Part shown: positions 12,286-25,170 of the stretch, piece after piece
Position numbering within the stretch: position 1 is the first letter of the stretch
Layout: every line of letters begins with the position of its first letter
Notes under the pieces: generated by a model
Seen by the model: the letters and a program-made list of their open reading frames with translations, nothing else
Told to the model about the DNA's origin: nothing
The model's database searches: none
Source: Octopus sinensis
Taxonomy: Eukaryota
DNA length: 64,000 nucleotides
NCBI RefSeq assembly: GCF_006345805.1
Contig: NC_043007.1
Span: forward strand, 76,322,001-76,386,000
Direction of reading: 5' to 3'
Translations under genes and position numbers: made by a program

Positions 12286-12450
12286 TGTTGCTGAAAAGGT
12301 CACAGACGTGTGACGAAAGATTTCCGGACAATGAACATGAGTTGAAATAAGAACAGTAATAAACGAGTGAAGAACGAATATATAAGTGCATGTGTTTATT
12401 TGTAACACCCTCCGCTTCCCCCAAAAGAATGACCATCCCGAAATACAACA
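12286..12450 (+). mobile_element. PLE-associated terminal-repeat fragment with a decayed hammerhead motif (family F2)
   Basis: CTGAAAA-G-GTCACA-GACG-TGTGAC-GAAA-GATTTC-CGGAC (12291-12329), with G8A and a weak helix I. Downstream sequence is homologous to 6727-6795. Confidence 0.6.
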
Positions 12451-12459
12451 GACACACAC

Positions 12460-12529
<70 letters not shown>

Positions 12530-12866
12530 TATATATATATACAATATACCTTCTGAGATGATGACAAGTCATGATGCAGAAATTATCTAGATATATTAGA
12601 TTTTTACGTCATCAATTGAATTTCTTTATTGATCTTAACATTTTTTATTCCCACAATATGTGAAACAATGTTAAATGTATATAACTAATTACATTAGAAC
12701 TAATAACTCATGTGAAAAATTGTAACCTTTGATATTACGTTATTTCAACAAATTAAGTACATTTAATGAAATCTGCTAAAAACTTCACAATTAACAAAAT
12801 ATCGGTATCTAACAGTGTTAATTCATCCTTATTCACTGTAATCAATAAGAAAATAATTTGGCATAC

Positions 12867-13026
12867 CTTGTTGCTTTGTGGACTTGTAGTCAATATAATC
12901 TGAAATGTGTCAGCACAATGAAATGTCAATTTCTTGGTTCCTTGATTAAACGATGGAAGTTTATTTTTCCAGCGGAAGTCAAAAATTAGAGGTGATATTT
13001 TACCTTGCACAATACTGAGTTTAAAT
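12867..13026 (-). CDS. Candidate internal coding exon of an unidentified host gene (160 nt)
   Basis: Acceptor ttttcatatatttacAG and donor AAG|GTATGC. One frame is open for 53 codons (FKLSIVQGKISPLIFDFRWKNKLPSFNQGTKKLTFHCADTFQIILTTSPQSNK) in very AT-rich DNA. I do not recognise the family. Confidence 0.4.
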
Positions 13027-13584
13027 CTGTAAATATATGAAAATACCCCTTCATTATGTACACACATACGCACACGCACACACACACATACACCCATATA
13101 TACACATATATACATATACACAATTAGTGATACACATATATAAAAATATAAAATTAAATATAAACTCAATCCAATATATTTAACATTCACTCTATGCTGA
13201 ATAGTGGTACAGTATGAGCAGATTTTTGAAATCCAACGAAACTTTATACAAATATACCTCTTCTAAGAGTTATGATAAACCTATTACAATGAGTAATACT
13301 ACGTGTACTTTTTTATTTTGTGATGTAATCTTTGGACTAACAATGTTTGCGGCTGAAGAGAGCTTTAAACCATCTTTTATATCAATAATATACCTATGCT
13401 GATGTAATAACAGATTGTTTATAAAGCTTGAAACACGTGTACCACGATATCCTTTGTGTTCTGCTTTCAATTTATGTTTGATATATTCTCTCACCTCTGC
13501 CACTATCTGGCATATATAGGTGCTTACACTTATGAAGTATTCCCTTTAAACTTAAAGTACCTACATGATACACATATATATGTA

Positions 13585-15674
13585 CCGTATTTTCCGCACT
13601 ATAAGGCGCACCTAAAAACCTTCAATTTTCTCAAAAGCCGACGGTGCGCCTTATATGTGGAACAATATTGAGTCACAACAGGTCTTGAAACTACGGTAAG
13701 CAGCCGCCGACTTCATTTTCCCTCGTAGAAGAAGCGCGCGGTGCATGCTGGGATATATGACTGCGCGAGGCGTGCCGTTTCATTTCCATTTGTGTGCTTA
13801 TGTAGAGACCCCAAAATGGCTCCTATTAAGAGACACGCCTACGACGCAGAGTTTAAACTCAAGGCGATCAGTCACGCAGTAGAACACGGGAATAGAGCAG
13901 CAGCGAGAGTATTTAACATTAACGAATCAATGGTGCGGAAGTGGAGGAAGCAACAAGATGACCTGAGCCAAGTAAAGAAGACTAAAAAGAGTTTCCAAGG
14001 GAACAAAGCGAAATGGCCACAGTTGGAGAACAAACTTGAACAGTGGGTTGTTGAACAGAGAGCAGCAGGTAGAAGTGTCAGTACAATCACTATTTGAATG
14101 AAGGCAACAGCACTAGCAAGCGAACTTAACATTAATGAATTTAAAGGCGGTCCTTCTTGGTGCTTTCGGTTTATGAAAAGATGTAATCTCTCCATTCGCA
14201 CACGAACTACTGTTTCACAGCAACTGCCAAAAGACTACCAAGAAAAGCTGGTCACTTTTCGCGCATATTGCAAAAATAAGATTACTGAAAAAAAAGATCC
14301 GGCCAGAGCACATCATCAACATGGACGAGGTTCCACTCACCTTTGATATTCCTGTGAACCGCACTGTGGAAAAAAACGGGAGCACGTACGGTAAATGTTC
14401 GCACAACAGGAAATGAGAAGTCATCCTTCACTGTAGTTCTCGCTTGCCAAGCTAATGGCCAGAAACTTCCACCCATGGTTATTTTCAAGAGGAAGACCTT
14501 GCCAAAAGAAAACTTTCCAGCCGGCGTCGTCATCAAAGCTAACTCAAAGGGATGGATGGATGACGAAAAGATGAGCGAGTGGTTGAGAGAAATTTACGTG
14601 AAGAGACCGGGTGGCTTTTTTCACACAGCTCCGTCCCTTTTGATCTACGACTCCATGCGCTCCCATATCACAAATGGTGTCAAAAAACATGTGAAGCACA
14701 CGAATTCAATACTCGCCGTCAATCCAGGTGGATTGACAAAAGAACTCCAGCCGCTAGATATTGGTGTCAACAGGGCATTCAAAGCTAGACTGCGAACTGC
14801 GTGGGAACAGTGGATGACAGAAGGCGAACACACTTTTACCAAGACAGGGAGACAGCGCCGAATGACATACGCCACTATCTGCCAATGGATCGTAAATGCC
14901 TGGGCTGATATATCAGTCTCAACTGTGGTCCGAGCTTTCAGGAAGGCAGGAATTCTCACTGAACTGCTAGACAACATCAGCGACACTGACTCGATTAATG
15001 ACGACTTCGACGAGACAGAGCCGGGCGTGTTGGATCCCGTATTCGCCCAACTGTTTAATTCGGACACTGAAGAAGAAGAATTCGAGGGATTCGTGAATGA
15101 GGAATAACTTAATAAAGTGAGCTTTATATGTTTATTTTGTGTGTTGCGTTGTGTGACATTAACGTTTGAGCAACGTTAAGTTATTGATATTTTTTATTGC
15201 TTTGCACTATTTCGAGTGTTACTATATTGTGATTGCACTAATGTTTGATTTACTGTAACAGTATCAGACTGTTTTTTACGTGTTTATTGAATCGAGGAAA
15301 AGTTCCCCTCCACTATGTGATCTAAATGTTGCACTACATGTTATACCTTGCTGTTAAAAAATAAACAAAATACCACGTCACTGACTTTACCTCGGGGAAA
15401 ATAATAAAACAGCTGTTTATTCATTTTGGGAGTGAACGGAGTTGTCAGAACGCTGGTTTATAATCTATTAATAAAGTTTGACTGACCTATCCAACTGTTT
15501 TGTTGACATTCCTTTCAGTGCAGCTCCATCTAATGGATGCATAACGTAACCCCAGCCTCTACTGTAGCGTCTAGTCTATGCGGTGCGTCTTATATATGGA
15601 CAAAGTTTTAAAATAGGCCATTCATTGAAGGTGCGCCTTATAATCCGGTGCGCCTTATAGTGCGGAAAATACGG
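13585..15674 (+). mobile_element. pogo-superfamily DNA transposon (DD35D, POGK/Passer-like), 2090 bp
   Basis: Perfect 28-bp TIRs CCGTATTTTCCGCACTATAAGGCGCACC (13585-13612 / 15647-15674), TA target-site duplications (13583-13584, 15675-15676), and subterminal GGTGCGYCTTATA repeats. Confidence 0.96.
13816..15107 (+). pseudogene. pogo transposase (Brinker-type DBD, CENP-B-type HTH, DDE_1) with three lesions
   Basis: MAPIKRHAYDAEFKLK...VRKWRKQ, GGPSWCFRFMKR and the triad NMDE / LIYDS / QPLDIG, with 35 residues between the second and third Asp. Lesions are TGA at 14095-14097 and +1 A in two poly-A runs (about 14290 and 14372). Confidence 0.92.
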
Positions 15675-15899
15675 TATATATTTATACATATACAGATACA
15701 CGTATTTCCAACTACTTCACATAGCCGCCTGAATTGTGCCTAAGATTCTGTACGAAAATATTTCTCACTCTCACTGGAGTCACACCCAAGGACCATCACA
15801 GTTTTGGGGGGAAATTGGTTTACATAATGTCCGTGTCACGTCTTACAGAGCATTGAGTATCAATCATGTCGGCATTTTGATAGTGTACAATAAGGTATA

Positions 15900-16072
15900 G
15901 GAGTGGCTGTGTGGTAAGTAGCTTGCTTACGAACCACATGGTTCCAGGTTCAGTCCCACTGCGTGGCACCTTGGCCAAGTGTCTTCTACTATAGCCTCGG
16001 GCCGACCAAAGCCTTGTGAGTAGATTTGGTAGACGGAAACTGAAAGAAGTCCGTCGTATATATATATATATG

Positions 16073-16118
<46 letters not shown>

Positions 16119-16220
16119 TGCGTCTATGTTTGTCCCCCAACATCGCTTGACAACCGATGCTGGTGTCTTTACGTCCCCGTAACTTAGCGGTTCGGGAAAG
16201 AGATCGATAAAATAAATACT
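15900..16220 (+). mobile_element. tRNA-derived SINE (head type H3) with an internal (TA)n(TG)n tract, 3'-truncated
   Basis: A-box TGGCTGTGTGG and B-box GGTTCAGTCCC. The body is shared with 20488-21452 and 31680-31900. Confidence 0.85.
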
Positions 16221-17903
16221 GTGTGGATAGGTATGCGCACGCGTGTGTGCATATAGTTGAAAAGTGCCAAACCAAAAAATAAATTATTGATATTATATTT
16301 CAGATACTTCCTAACGTACGTTTCAAGAACCAAGAATCAATAATAAGATCGATTTCTGATCATACCATCGAATGATAATACCGATACATGCAACCAGTCA
16401 CATTATTCTCCTGATGTGAATCGTGCATAAATGAAAAGAATAGATAGGCAATAATAACTCAATAAATATGTGACACGAAGTATAATAAATAGTGGATTAT
16501 GAAGATACTACATTACACATTATAATTGATATCATGGAAATAAAGCACAAGAAAAGGAAAGGGGCAATAAAGAATTATCGTTAAACAGGTAGAAAGATAG
16601 AATAATGCAAGTAAAGTACAATAGAAAAGTAAGTAAAAGTAAAAATCGATAACAGTAAAAATACATAAATATGATATAAAACGGGAAAAGGAAAAGAACG
16701 TTATGCACTTGGGAAGAGACAAAAAAATCAAAGAATAAAATGTAAAGATTGACCCTTGTATAATGGCAGGTACATTTATAGTTGTAAATCAAATTAAAAA
16801 TGGATGAAGTCCAAAAAAGATTTAGACACTACCTCTAATATACACGTAAAAACTATTGTAGTACACTGCGCACTACTAAAAGTATATAGCACAGACGAAT
16901 CTCAGCGAGAAACGGACATTGAAATGCAAATATAAAGATTCCAGTAGATGCTGTATTTGGTTGAACAAGAATACGCATATTAGTAGTATATTGCTAACCA
17001 CGTTAATAAACAAGTATAATAGAAAATAATGTTACAGGTAAACCAAGTGAAAGCTTACATTATATATATACAGATTACCTAATCATTCTTGATTTATTAT
17101 AGATAACTTAGTTTGAAATATTTCCCTAAACATTTTTAAATTGTCGGCTAACAAACGAATAGTTAACGATAACGCGTTATAATACCACGGGACATTAAAA
17201 TGAATTGATATCAAGGATAAGTTTAAATACAATCCTTTAAAGAAACAGGAAGCCGTACTGGAAAGATTGATAACACTCAAAGACGATGAAACGGTAATGA
17301 TATCTCATATAATACTTTTATTCAACATCCGATAAAAGAACATTGCACGTAAATTATAAATTAATCAAACGTAGTACCAAGCCTCAAAGCACGCATTATG
17401 TCTATAAATTCATAACAAATAAATTGGAAAAAATTAGTGAAATTTTAGGCTCTGATAATTATCAACGAGTTGCGGGTAATAAACAAAACTTCTTGGAAAG
17501 CTAACACAAACATCAAATATAGCAATTACTATAACAATAAAGAGGAAGAAACCAAGAATCAACTGAAAAAGAAATCCTAGTATAACCTTGCTAAATATTC
17601 TGTATATAAAATTGGAGGGGATACAAATTTCACGTCATCAAATATATATCATAAACTCTTCCAATGTCAATATATAGTTAGTAGTACTGGAGAACACAGT
17701 AGTGAAATCATAAGAGAATGATTAACGATGTTCAGGTAAACATCCTCTGATGATAATTGAGGATGTTTCCTTCCATACAAAGTGTTAGCTTATGAAGTAT
17801 TTTTAAAATGTAGTCGTAAAAACAACTAAAATATACAGGAATGTATATCATTATACCATCATTTAATACGAAAAAAATGTAAAGTTGAAATTTTACCTCT
17901 TAC

Positions 17904-17979
17904 ATGGTAATACTGCAATGCCCGTAAGTATGATAATCAAACGTTTGCATTCTGGTAACCTCATAGTGTATTTGAATAG
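17904..17979 (-). CDS. Candidate exon encoding a start codon and signal-peptide-like segment
   Basis: Acceptor cgtcttttctgttatttgcAG. ATG at 17964-17962 gives MRLPECKRLIIILTGIAVLP, then a phase-1 donor T|GTAAGA. Possible upstream UTR exons at about 18299-18409 and ending near 18483. Confidence 0.4.
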
Positions 17980-18993
17980 CTGCAAATAACAGAAAAGACG
18001 TATGACATGTAAGCTATGATTAGTGTCTTAGTTTTACACAGAATTCTCATATATTTAATATTACGAGAGTGTTGTAAATATATAGTAGGCGAAAAAAAAA
18101 CTGTACCATGTAGCAAACTGAAAAAAACACATGCATATATTGTTCAAAGCTTCTACAATACGTACATTAACTGTATCATGTTGTTTCAATATGATTGACC
18201 AACACTCAATCCTATATACCCAACTATACTCGAGAAGTGAATTGATTGAATTGATCTTTGCAAACAAATGATTGCTTAATGGTCTGTATATTTTCGTACG
18301 AATGTTTTCAGAGCCACCTTTCTACATAAGCTATTTCTACAAGCTACCGTCTGAAGAACAGAATATTTCTCCACACCGAAGAGCAAAGTAGACTTTATAT
18401 ACTGATTTCTGAAAAATATTTTATATTTTATTCGAAGTATTTTATTCCCCGGGAAATATAATATTCTAGTATTTTCACCTACCTTCGTGTAAAAGGTATG
18501 TAATACGTACGCTGCTGAATTCTTACGACGTACAGTGTGTAATTTGCGGTTTGACGTACGTACATATAATGATAATTCATCATGATAACACATACACATG
18601 TGCATATACTCACACTACCAAACAGACAAGTACACACTGTCACACATATATGTACGCACACTGACACGCACACATAGATATATACACACATGCACAAATC
18701 TATCTTTATACACACACACTGATTGAATGCGCATATGAGTAGCTATATGTGTGTACTTTTGTATGTGATGTGAACGTGTTTGCCATTGGACAATGAAAAT
18801 TCAGTTTTTGACCAGGTGGGTTAATTGCCCCTTGATTAGCGTATAAGCGGCTGAGTATACCACATACGTAATTCTAAGGGAGAATCAGAATGGTACAGTG
18901 TCTGACAAAGATGTACCGCATGGGATTATTGGTACAATCAAGTACTCGACGCGCTTCTCTGCAGTTTCTCTCTATTCTAATTTCACTCATTGT

Positions 18994-19383
18994 GGAGGCG
19001 CAATGGCCCAGTTGTTAGGGCAGCGGACTCGCGGTCGTAGGATCGCGGTTTCGATTCCCAGACCGGGCGTTGTGAGTGTTTATTGAGCGAAAACACCTAA
19101 AGCTCCACGAGGCTCCGGCAGGGATGGTGGTGATCCCTGCTGTAGTCTTTCACCACAACTTTCTCTCACTCTTACTTCCTGTTTCTGTTGTACCTGTATT
19201 TCAAAGGGCCGGCCTTGTCACTCTCTGTGTCACGCTGAATATCCTCGAGAACTACGTTAAGGGTACACGTGTCTGTGGAGTGCTCAGCCACTTACACGTT
19301 AATTTCACGAGCAGGCTGTTCCGTTGATTCGGATCAACCGGAACCCTCATCGTCGTAACCGACGGAGTGGTTCCAAAAAAAAA
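18994..19383 (+). mobile_element. tRNA-derived SINE (head H1, tail T1) with poly-A and a candidate 8-bp TSD
   Basis: A-box TGGCCCAGTTGTT and B-box GTTTCGATTCC. TTCACTCA occurs at 18982-18989 and 19384-19391. The 3' half is nearly identical to those of the 26288 and 30082 SINEs. Confidence 0.88.
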
Positions 19384-19514
19384 TTCACTCACAACGCATG
19401 GTTGGAACCAAGGTATCAACCAATGAGATTCATTGGTTTATTCAATGAGATTCAACCTGATATGTCGTGATTGTGAAGCAACCTTCTCAAATATTTAGCG
19501 GTACTGAGCCATCA

Positions 19515-19564
<50 letters not shown>

Positions 19565-19934
19565 ACAACTGACATATATGTATATGTATATATTTATATA
19601 TTCATATATATGTGTGTCTGTGTGTGTGTGTGTGTCTATGTGTATGCGTTGGTTTTTAAATGTTCCAAAATGTTACATTTAAGCGATATTTTTAACTAAT
19701 GCTATTAAAAAGAATGAAGGAAAGAATACACATACATATACACATATGCATATATATATGTGTGTGTGTGCGCGTGTGTGTGTGTGTGTGTATGTGTGTA
19801 TGTGTGTATGTGTACGTGTGTGTGTGCAAAGCTCAGTGTTCTTAATCACTGAATATATTTCACAGAATAGGAATATACCTCATAGCATACATAGGTACAC
19901 TCATATATATATATATACATAAATATATATATAT

Positions 19935-19981
<47 letters not shown>

Positions 19982-20487
19982 ATATAAAAATATATAAACA
20001 CATATAAATCATAAATGTACTTGCATGAGATCTTATGAGGTTGTATATCCATATTAGAAATCAATGAGGATATTAAAAGATGCACATGTTGAATGTAAAG
20101 CGGTAGTCCAAATAGACGAAATGGTCGTTTTAGATGATTTTAAGGAGAGTCTCCATCAAGTACAATGTCTGACGACCGTTTCGTGAATATGTAAGTTGAG
20201 ATGGGCAAATTATTTCCAACCATAATAGTCATCCTTATTTCCCTCATTAGAGGTAATTTAAGCCATTTTACAAAAACTTCGAATGCCGTATCGAAAAAAC
20301 ATACTGTTCTTCTATGCACACATACACACACGCGCACTCGCGCACACACACAAAAAAAAAAAAACAAACGTTCACACATCGATTTTCTCAGAATTTCTTG
20401 TCAGAAATATTCTATTTCCCATGATAGTAACCTTTGTTTATTGTTTCATATTTAATATTTCAAAAGTAAAACTTTAGAAATTCAACA

Positions 20488-20610
20488 CGCGCAGCTGTGT
20501 AGTAAGGAGTTTGAGTTCCAACCATATGCTGCAGGATTCAATCCCACTGCGTGACACCTGCGGCAGGTGTCTTCTACTACAGCGTTAAGCCGATCAATGC
20601 CTTGAAAGTG

Positions 20611-20645
<35 letters not shown>

Positions 20646-20715
20646 GTATATTATACGACAAGCTTTAAATTTCCCTCCACACAATCCACTTTCAAGGCAT
20701 TGATCGGCCTAACGC

Positions 20716-20773
<58 letters not shown>

Positions 20774-21180
20774 ATATATATTATATATATATATATATAT
20801 ATAATATATAATATATATATATATATATATAATATTAAATTAGAGATAAAACCACTATTAGACAAATCAAACAATGAAAAACATAAGCCAATACATAAAA
20901 TTTTATTTAATTTACATTATTTTAAAGATATATCAAAAGTATTAAAAGTTTATCTTTTATTAAACTTTTAATACTTTTGATATATATTTAAAATAATATA
21001 AATTAAATTAATTTTATGTATCGGGTTATGTTTTTCATTGTTTGATTTGCCTAATAGTGGTTTTATCTCTAATTTAATATAATATAATATATTTATACTA
21101 TAAAATGGATTTAATCCTAAATCTGATTTTTCCCTGTAAGTTTGGATTTATTCCCTAATATTTTATTATATATATATATT

Positions 21181-21244
<64 letters not shown>

Positions 21245-21452
21245 ATGCGTGCGTGTGTGTTTGTGTGTGTTTGATTTTGTTCCAACCGACGCTTGATAAC
21301 GTGTGTTAACTTGTTTACCTCCAGTAAAATTCGTTAGAATAAGTAAGAGGCTTAAAAATAAGTATTGGGTTGATTCATTCGAGTAAAATCCTTTAAGGCG
21401 GTGTCACAACATGGCTGTAATTCCAATGAATGAAACACATAAAAGTTAAAAG
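20488..21452 (+). mobile_element. H3 SINE split at its internal (TA)n tract by an inversion and a PLE-tail palindrome
   Basis: Head at 20488-20610, inverted middle at 20656-20717, and 3' half at about 21250-21452 ending ...aaggcggtgtcacaacatggc...tgaaacacataaaag. Confidence 0.65.
20832..21080. repeat. Imperfect palindrome (about 120-bp arms, 8-nt loop) of a PLE-type tail
   Basis: Arms are 20832-20952 and 20961-21080. The right arm continues into ggatttaatcctaaatctgatttttccctgtaagtttggatttattcccta, which also occurs inverted at about 39741-39791. Confidence 0.8.
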
Positions 21453-23070
21453 GTCAAAGATGGCATGCATAAGAAAATGGTTTCTAAAACTTTGTGGAAT
21501 TTACTTGGAAAACATTTTAAACTGAAAATTAACTTTGAAATATTTGTAAATGCATAATTTCGTAAATTAAAAATATACTTACTGGATCACTAAGAACATT
21601 ACGATGCGCCTATAAAAAAAAACGTAACTAAATAAATAATTCAAAATGGTCAATGACATAAATTTAGAAAATTCAGGAAAGATGTAACAAAGTGATCGAC
21701 GCATACAAAATATTTTAAATGAATTGAAATTTAAATAATACATAGAGAAAATGGAGAAATCTTAGTGGCAATTATAAGCAACACTGAAGCAAAATGAATA
21801 TAAAATTTCAAAGAAAAATGGATTTAATTTCCAAAAATTTCAGTTCTCCACCGTAGAAAGAAATGCGATTACTTGTTAGCCAGGAAGATGGTAATCACCG
21901 AATAATTCGGCCCTATTATTTCTTACTAGAATAGCTTAAACAATTCAAGCATGTCTTGATCAAAGGGTCTGGTAGTTTACCTTTACAAAGTGAATTATAA
22001 AAGGTTTGGGCCAGTACAATTTCGATAATTACAGTAAACAAAAACTTTGACTTTCACTGGATTAGTTGCTGTTGTTTTTACTTAAGAAGATTACACATGA
22101 GACAAACAAAATTGCCCTCGTTACACTTCTGTTATTTAGCAAAAACAACAAAAAGCTTCGGGAAAAATTATAAATTTTGAACAACTAATTAGGACGAGAT
22201 TTGCTTTTGTCTAACTCATCGTTTTTACTGTTTATCTTTTGATTATGTTTAGTGACTTACGAACATTTATTAAACGTGAACTAGAAACGTGTTGATATAA
22301 AATTTCAAAGAAGAATGGATTTAGTTTCCCAAAATTCCAGTTCTCCACCGTAGAAAGAAATGTTAAATTGTCACAAGATCTCAGAGTTTCTAGTAAAGTA
22401 TAACTGCAAAGTGTGACGTTTCGTAACTTTCACCTAAGATTTGAAACAACTTCAAATAAAAATTTTAAAAAAGACCTTTATGATTAATACTTATAAATTA
22501 TGTAAGATCATTTTGTCTCGTATCAAAGCAATTATCACAATTAATATCTCTACGAACAATTTACACCAAAAGGAATTACCATTCATTAAAGAAAGCTCAA
22601 ACTTTGTCATATAGTAGGAATTTAATCTAACTCAAAGTCTGTTGTGAGTGAACTCAGAATGTAAAGAGGCCAAACTAAATTTTTATTGATACAACGAAAT
22701 ATGTCCGATGATCTACCGAATCTACCATACACAAATACACACATATACAATCATTCATTTTCTTAATTAAATTTCAGTTGAATATAAAGACATTTATCGT
22801 GTAAGTTTTAAAATCTCCAAACTTGCTATTAACAGTAAATAACAAAATTAACCACACAGATCTTACCAAGTTTTATACAAACGTATATAATAGAAAATAA
22901 TGTTTCCTACATAAATTGTACATGAAGCAAAAGAAGTAAAATGTTCCTTATATTGTCCATTTATGATCGTGATAGTGTGAAACTTCCGAGAGATAACATA
23001 CATAGATAAAATGTAAGGCTAAGTTAATTCTATTATATATCATGGAGTGACAATAATCTAATTAATTAAT

Positions 23071-23250
23071 AATAATGGTTTCAAATTTCGCCACATGGGC
23101 AGGTGTGTTAAGTCGATTACATTAAACTCAGTATTCAACTTGTAGTGAATAAAGTGAAAGGCAAAGTCAACCTCAACGTGATTTGAACACAGAACTTAAA
23201 GACAGACGAAATGCCGTTATGCATTTTGCACGCCCTGCTCACCGCTTTGT
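23071..23250 (-). mobile_element. tRNA-derived SINE with a Meta-like central domain, decayed
   Basis: Minus strand reads B-box-like GTTCAAATC, then GACTTTGCCTTTCAC... and GTCGATTACA/GGTTTCAAATTT at the 3' end. The Meta-domain assignment is from memory of its consensus. Confidence 0.6.
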
Positions 23251-23895
23251 AAAACGTTTTATGAAATATTTTTAAATATTGATACATAATTAAATTCAAC
23301 CAATTACTCAAACACAGTCATTAACTATATCTGTAAATACAGTTAAAATATTCAATGTAAACGTCTGCATTATTAATAGATCTATATAGCAAAATTTTGT
23401 AGGCAGTATACGAAGTATATCTCTGTATAATATCTAATCACTCAAAATTGTGATTATTTAAAAGACTGTTATATGAATTTAAAGGAAAGTGGCGCAAAAA
23501 TCGACTTACTTCCGAAGCTAGTGATAATTGTTTAAAAAGATTTTTTGATGCGTTAAGAGCCTCAGATAAATTCTTGGAAAGCTGTAGAGAAAGAAATGGG
23601 ATATTTTATTCAGGTGGATCATAACTTAGCTGTATATAAGCGGAATACTAAACAAAAATGCAACAGAATACGAGTTAAATTCTGTTGCTTTTTCACATAT
23701 ATTTGCCTAACATTGGTAGTACGCTGCTGCGTATATGGCGTTGGCTGAAGTCGAAAATATTCTCTAAGGTTTAACCACGTTTTTGTTCACTTCAGTAATG
23801 TTATTTTTCTGGAGAAATAGTCTCAGAAAATATGAACTTTATTTAAAACATATATACAAGAGAATAATAAATCAAACCAACAAATACCGATACTC

Positions 23896-24030
23896 TAATA
23901 ATGGTTTCAAATTTTGACACAGGAAGATTAAATTTAGGGCTCGTAGGTAAGTCGATTACATCGATACCAGTAATCAAGTCGACCTCAGCAGAACTTGAGC
24001 TCAAATACTTTAATAATACAAACATGGTGC
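23896..24030 (-). mobile_element. Partial copy of the same Meta-like SINE
   Basis: Plus strand aataatggtttcaaattttgacac...taagtcgattacatcga...gtcgacctcagcagaacttgagctca. Confidence 0.6.
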
Positions 24031-24267
24031 TTCGGATAAATACATACACACATGCATACATACAGACTCATACATACATACATACATACATACATACATA
24101 CATACACTGCATTATGAAACCCGTAGATAGCATAATCCTGAGAGTACAAATAAATGAATCTACAGTGATGTGGATGACATAAGCATAACATTATTTGAAA
24201 GAATACTATCGAAATTTCACTGTCAATATCTCCATAATATCAAGCACAACAAGCGAGATCTTGAAGG

Positions 24268-24311
<44 letters not shown>

Positions 24312-24409
24312 AGAAACAGCAAAAGGGAGAGAGTGAGAGATAGAGAGAAAAAGAGAATACAGTGAGGATTATAGTTGAAATCAAATTTTAATACTCTGAG
24401 GAACTGAAC

Positions 24410-25170
24410 TATTGTTAGGAGAATAGTTCTGAACAATTGTTAGGAGAATTTTGACACTTTCTTCATGTAAAATCTACTTTAGTTCTTTTAGCAATGATAG
24501 CAGAGGGAATCGTCTACTCACATTCTGTTCCAATATGCGCCATAAATGTTCGGTAATTTTGAGAACCGGTGATTATAGGGGACAGCGCAAGAGATCCGCG
24601 ACACATCTGTGCTCTTCGTACCAGTTTTGAATACGATAAGTCATGTGAATCGGTGCAGTATTCTCCTGGAAGATTGGGCTAAGGTCGGGGAACAATATAA
24701 TGGACATGAACAGCCAGCGTATTCAGATAATTTTTGGCGTTTATTCTGCCATGCAGTACAATTAAGGTGTTAAGAGAATCCCATGAAATATCTCTCTAAA
24801 TCATTACAGAATCCCCTCAATTTGTCATGGTTAGGGCCAAATAGTTAAGGTTAGTTGAATATTTCGTTAGGGTTCTGACAGACGTAAATCCTCTTCGAAG
24901 TGGAAAAATGGTGAATGCTGATTCAAGAGAGATAGCATTGTTCAATTGAGCTACTGACCAATTCTGATATTCTTGACATTATTCTTCCGCTGATCAATTG
25001 CGGTTTCGTAAATTCAACCATTCCATGATATCCGGATTTATGAAACTCATGATGGATACTTGCTGTAGCAGTTAGATGGGGTTTTTTACACACAAGTTTC
25101 ACTGTTTTGCAGTCCCTTTCTATGACACTTGCCTTCCACCTATGACTAAACATGGCTGATCTGGCTTTAC
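24410..25170 (-). pseudogene. Tc1-family transposase remnant
   Basis: Manual translation gives HEFHKSGYHGMVEFTKPQL, ISLESAF (DES motif), LHGRINAKNYLNTL, FQENTAPIH (QDNAPxH) and SPVLKITEHLWRILE (SPDLNPIEHLW), with many stops and frameshifts. Confidence 0.82.

Noticed and set aside
17400-17570. Minus-strand hydrophobic frame LILGFFLFIVIVIAIF after a good acceptor, as a transmembrane exon
   Set aside because: Its phase is incompatible with the upstream candidate exon, and T-rich strands give such peptides by chance.
17738-17768. 10-bp hairpin AAACATCCTC/GAGGATGTTT with TGATGA in the loop (snoRNA, miRNA or terminator?)
   Set aside because: There is no D box or GAAA partner, it is too short for a pre-miRNA, and a single short stem is expected by chance in 64 kb.
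24500-24790. GC-richer segment with a GTGAGT donor, first read as a host exon
   Set aside because: It translates as the Tc1 catalytic domain (QDNAPxH and SPDLN-like motifs).
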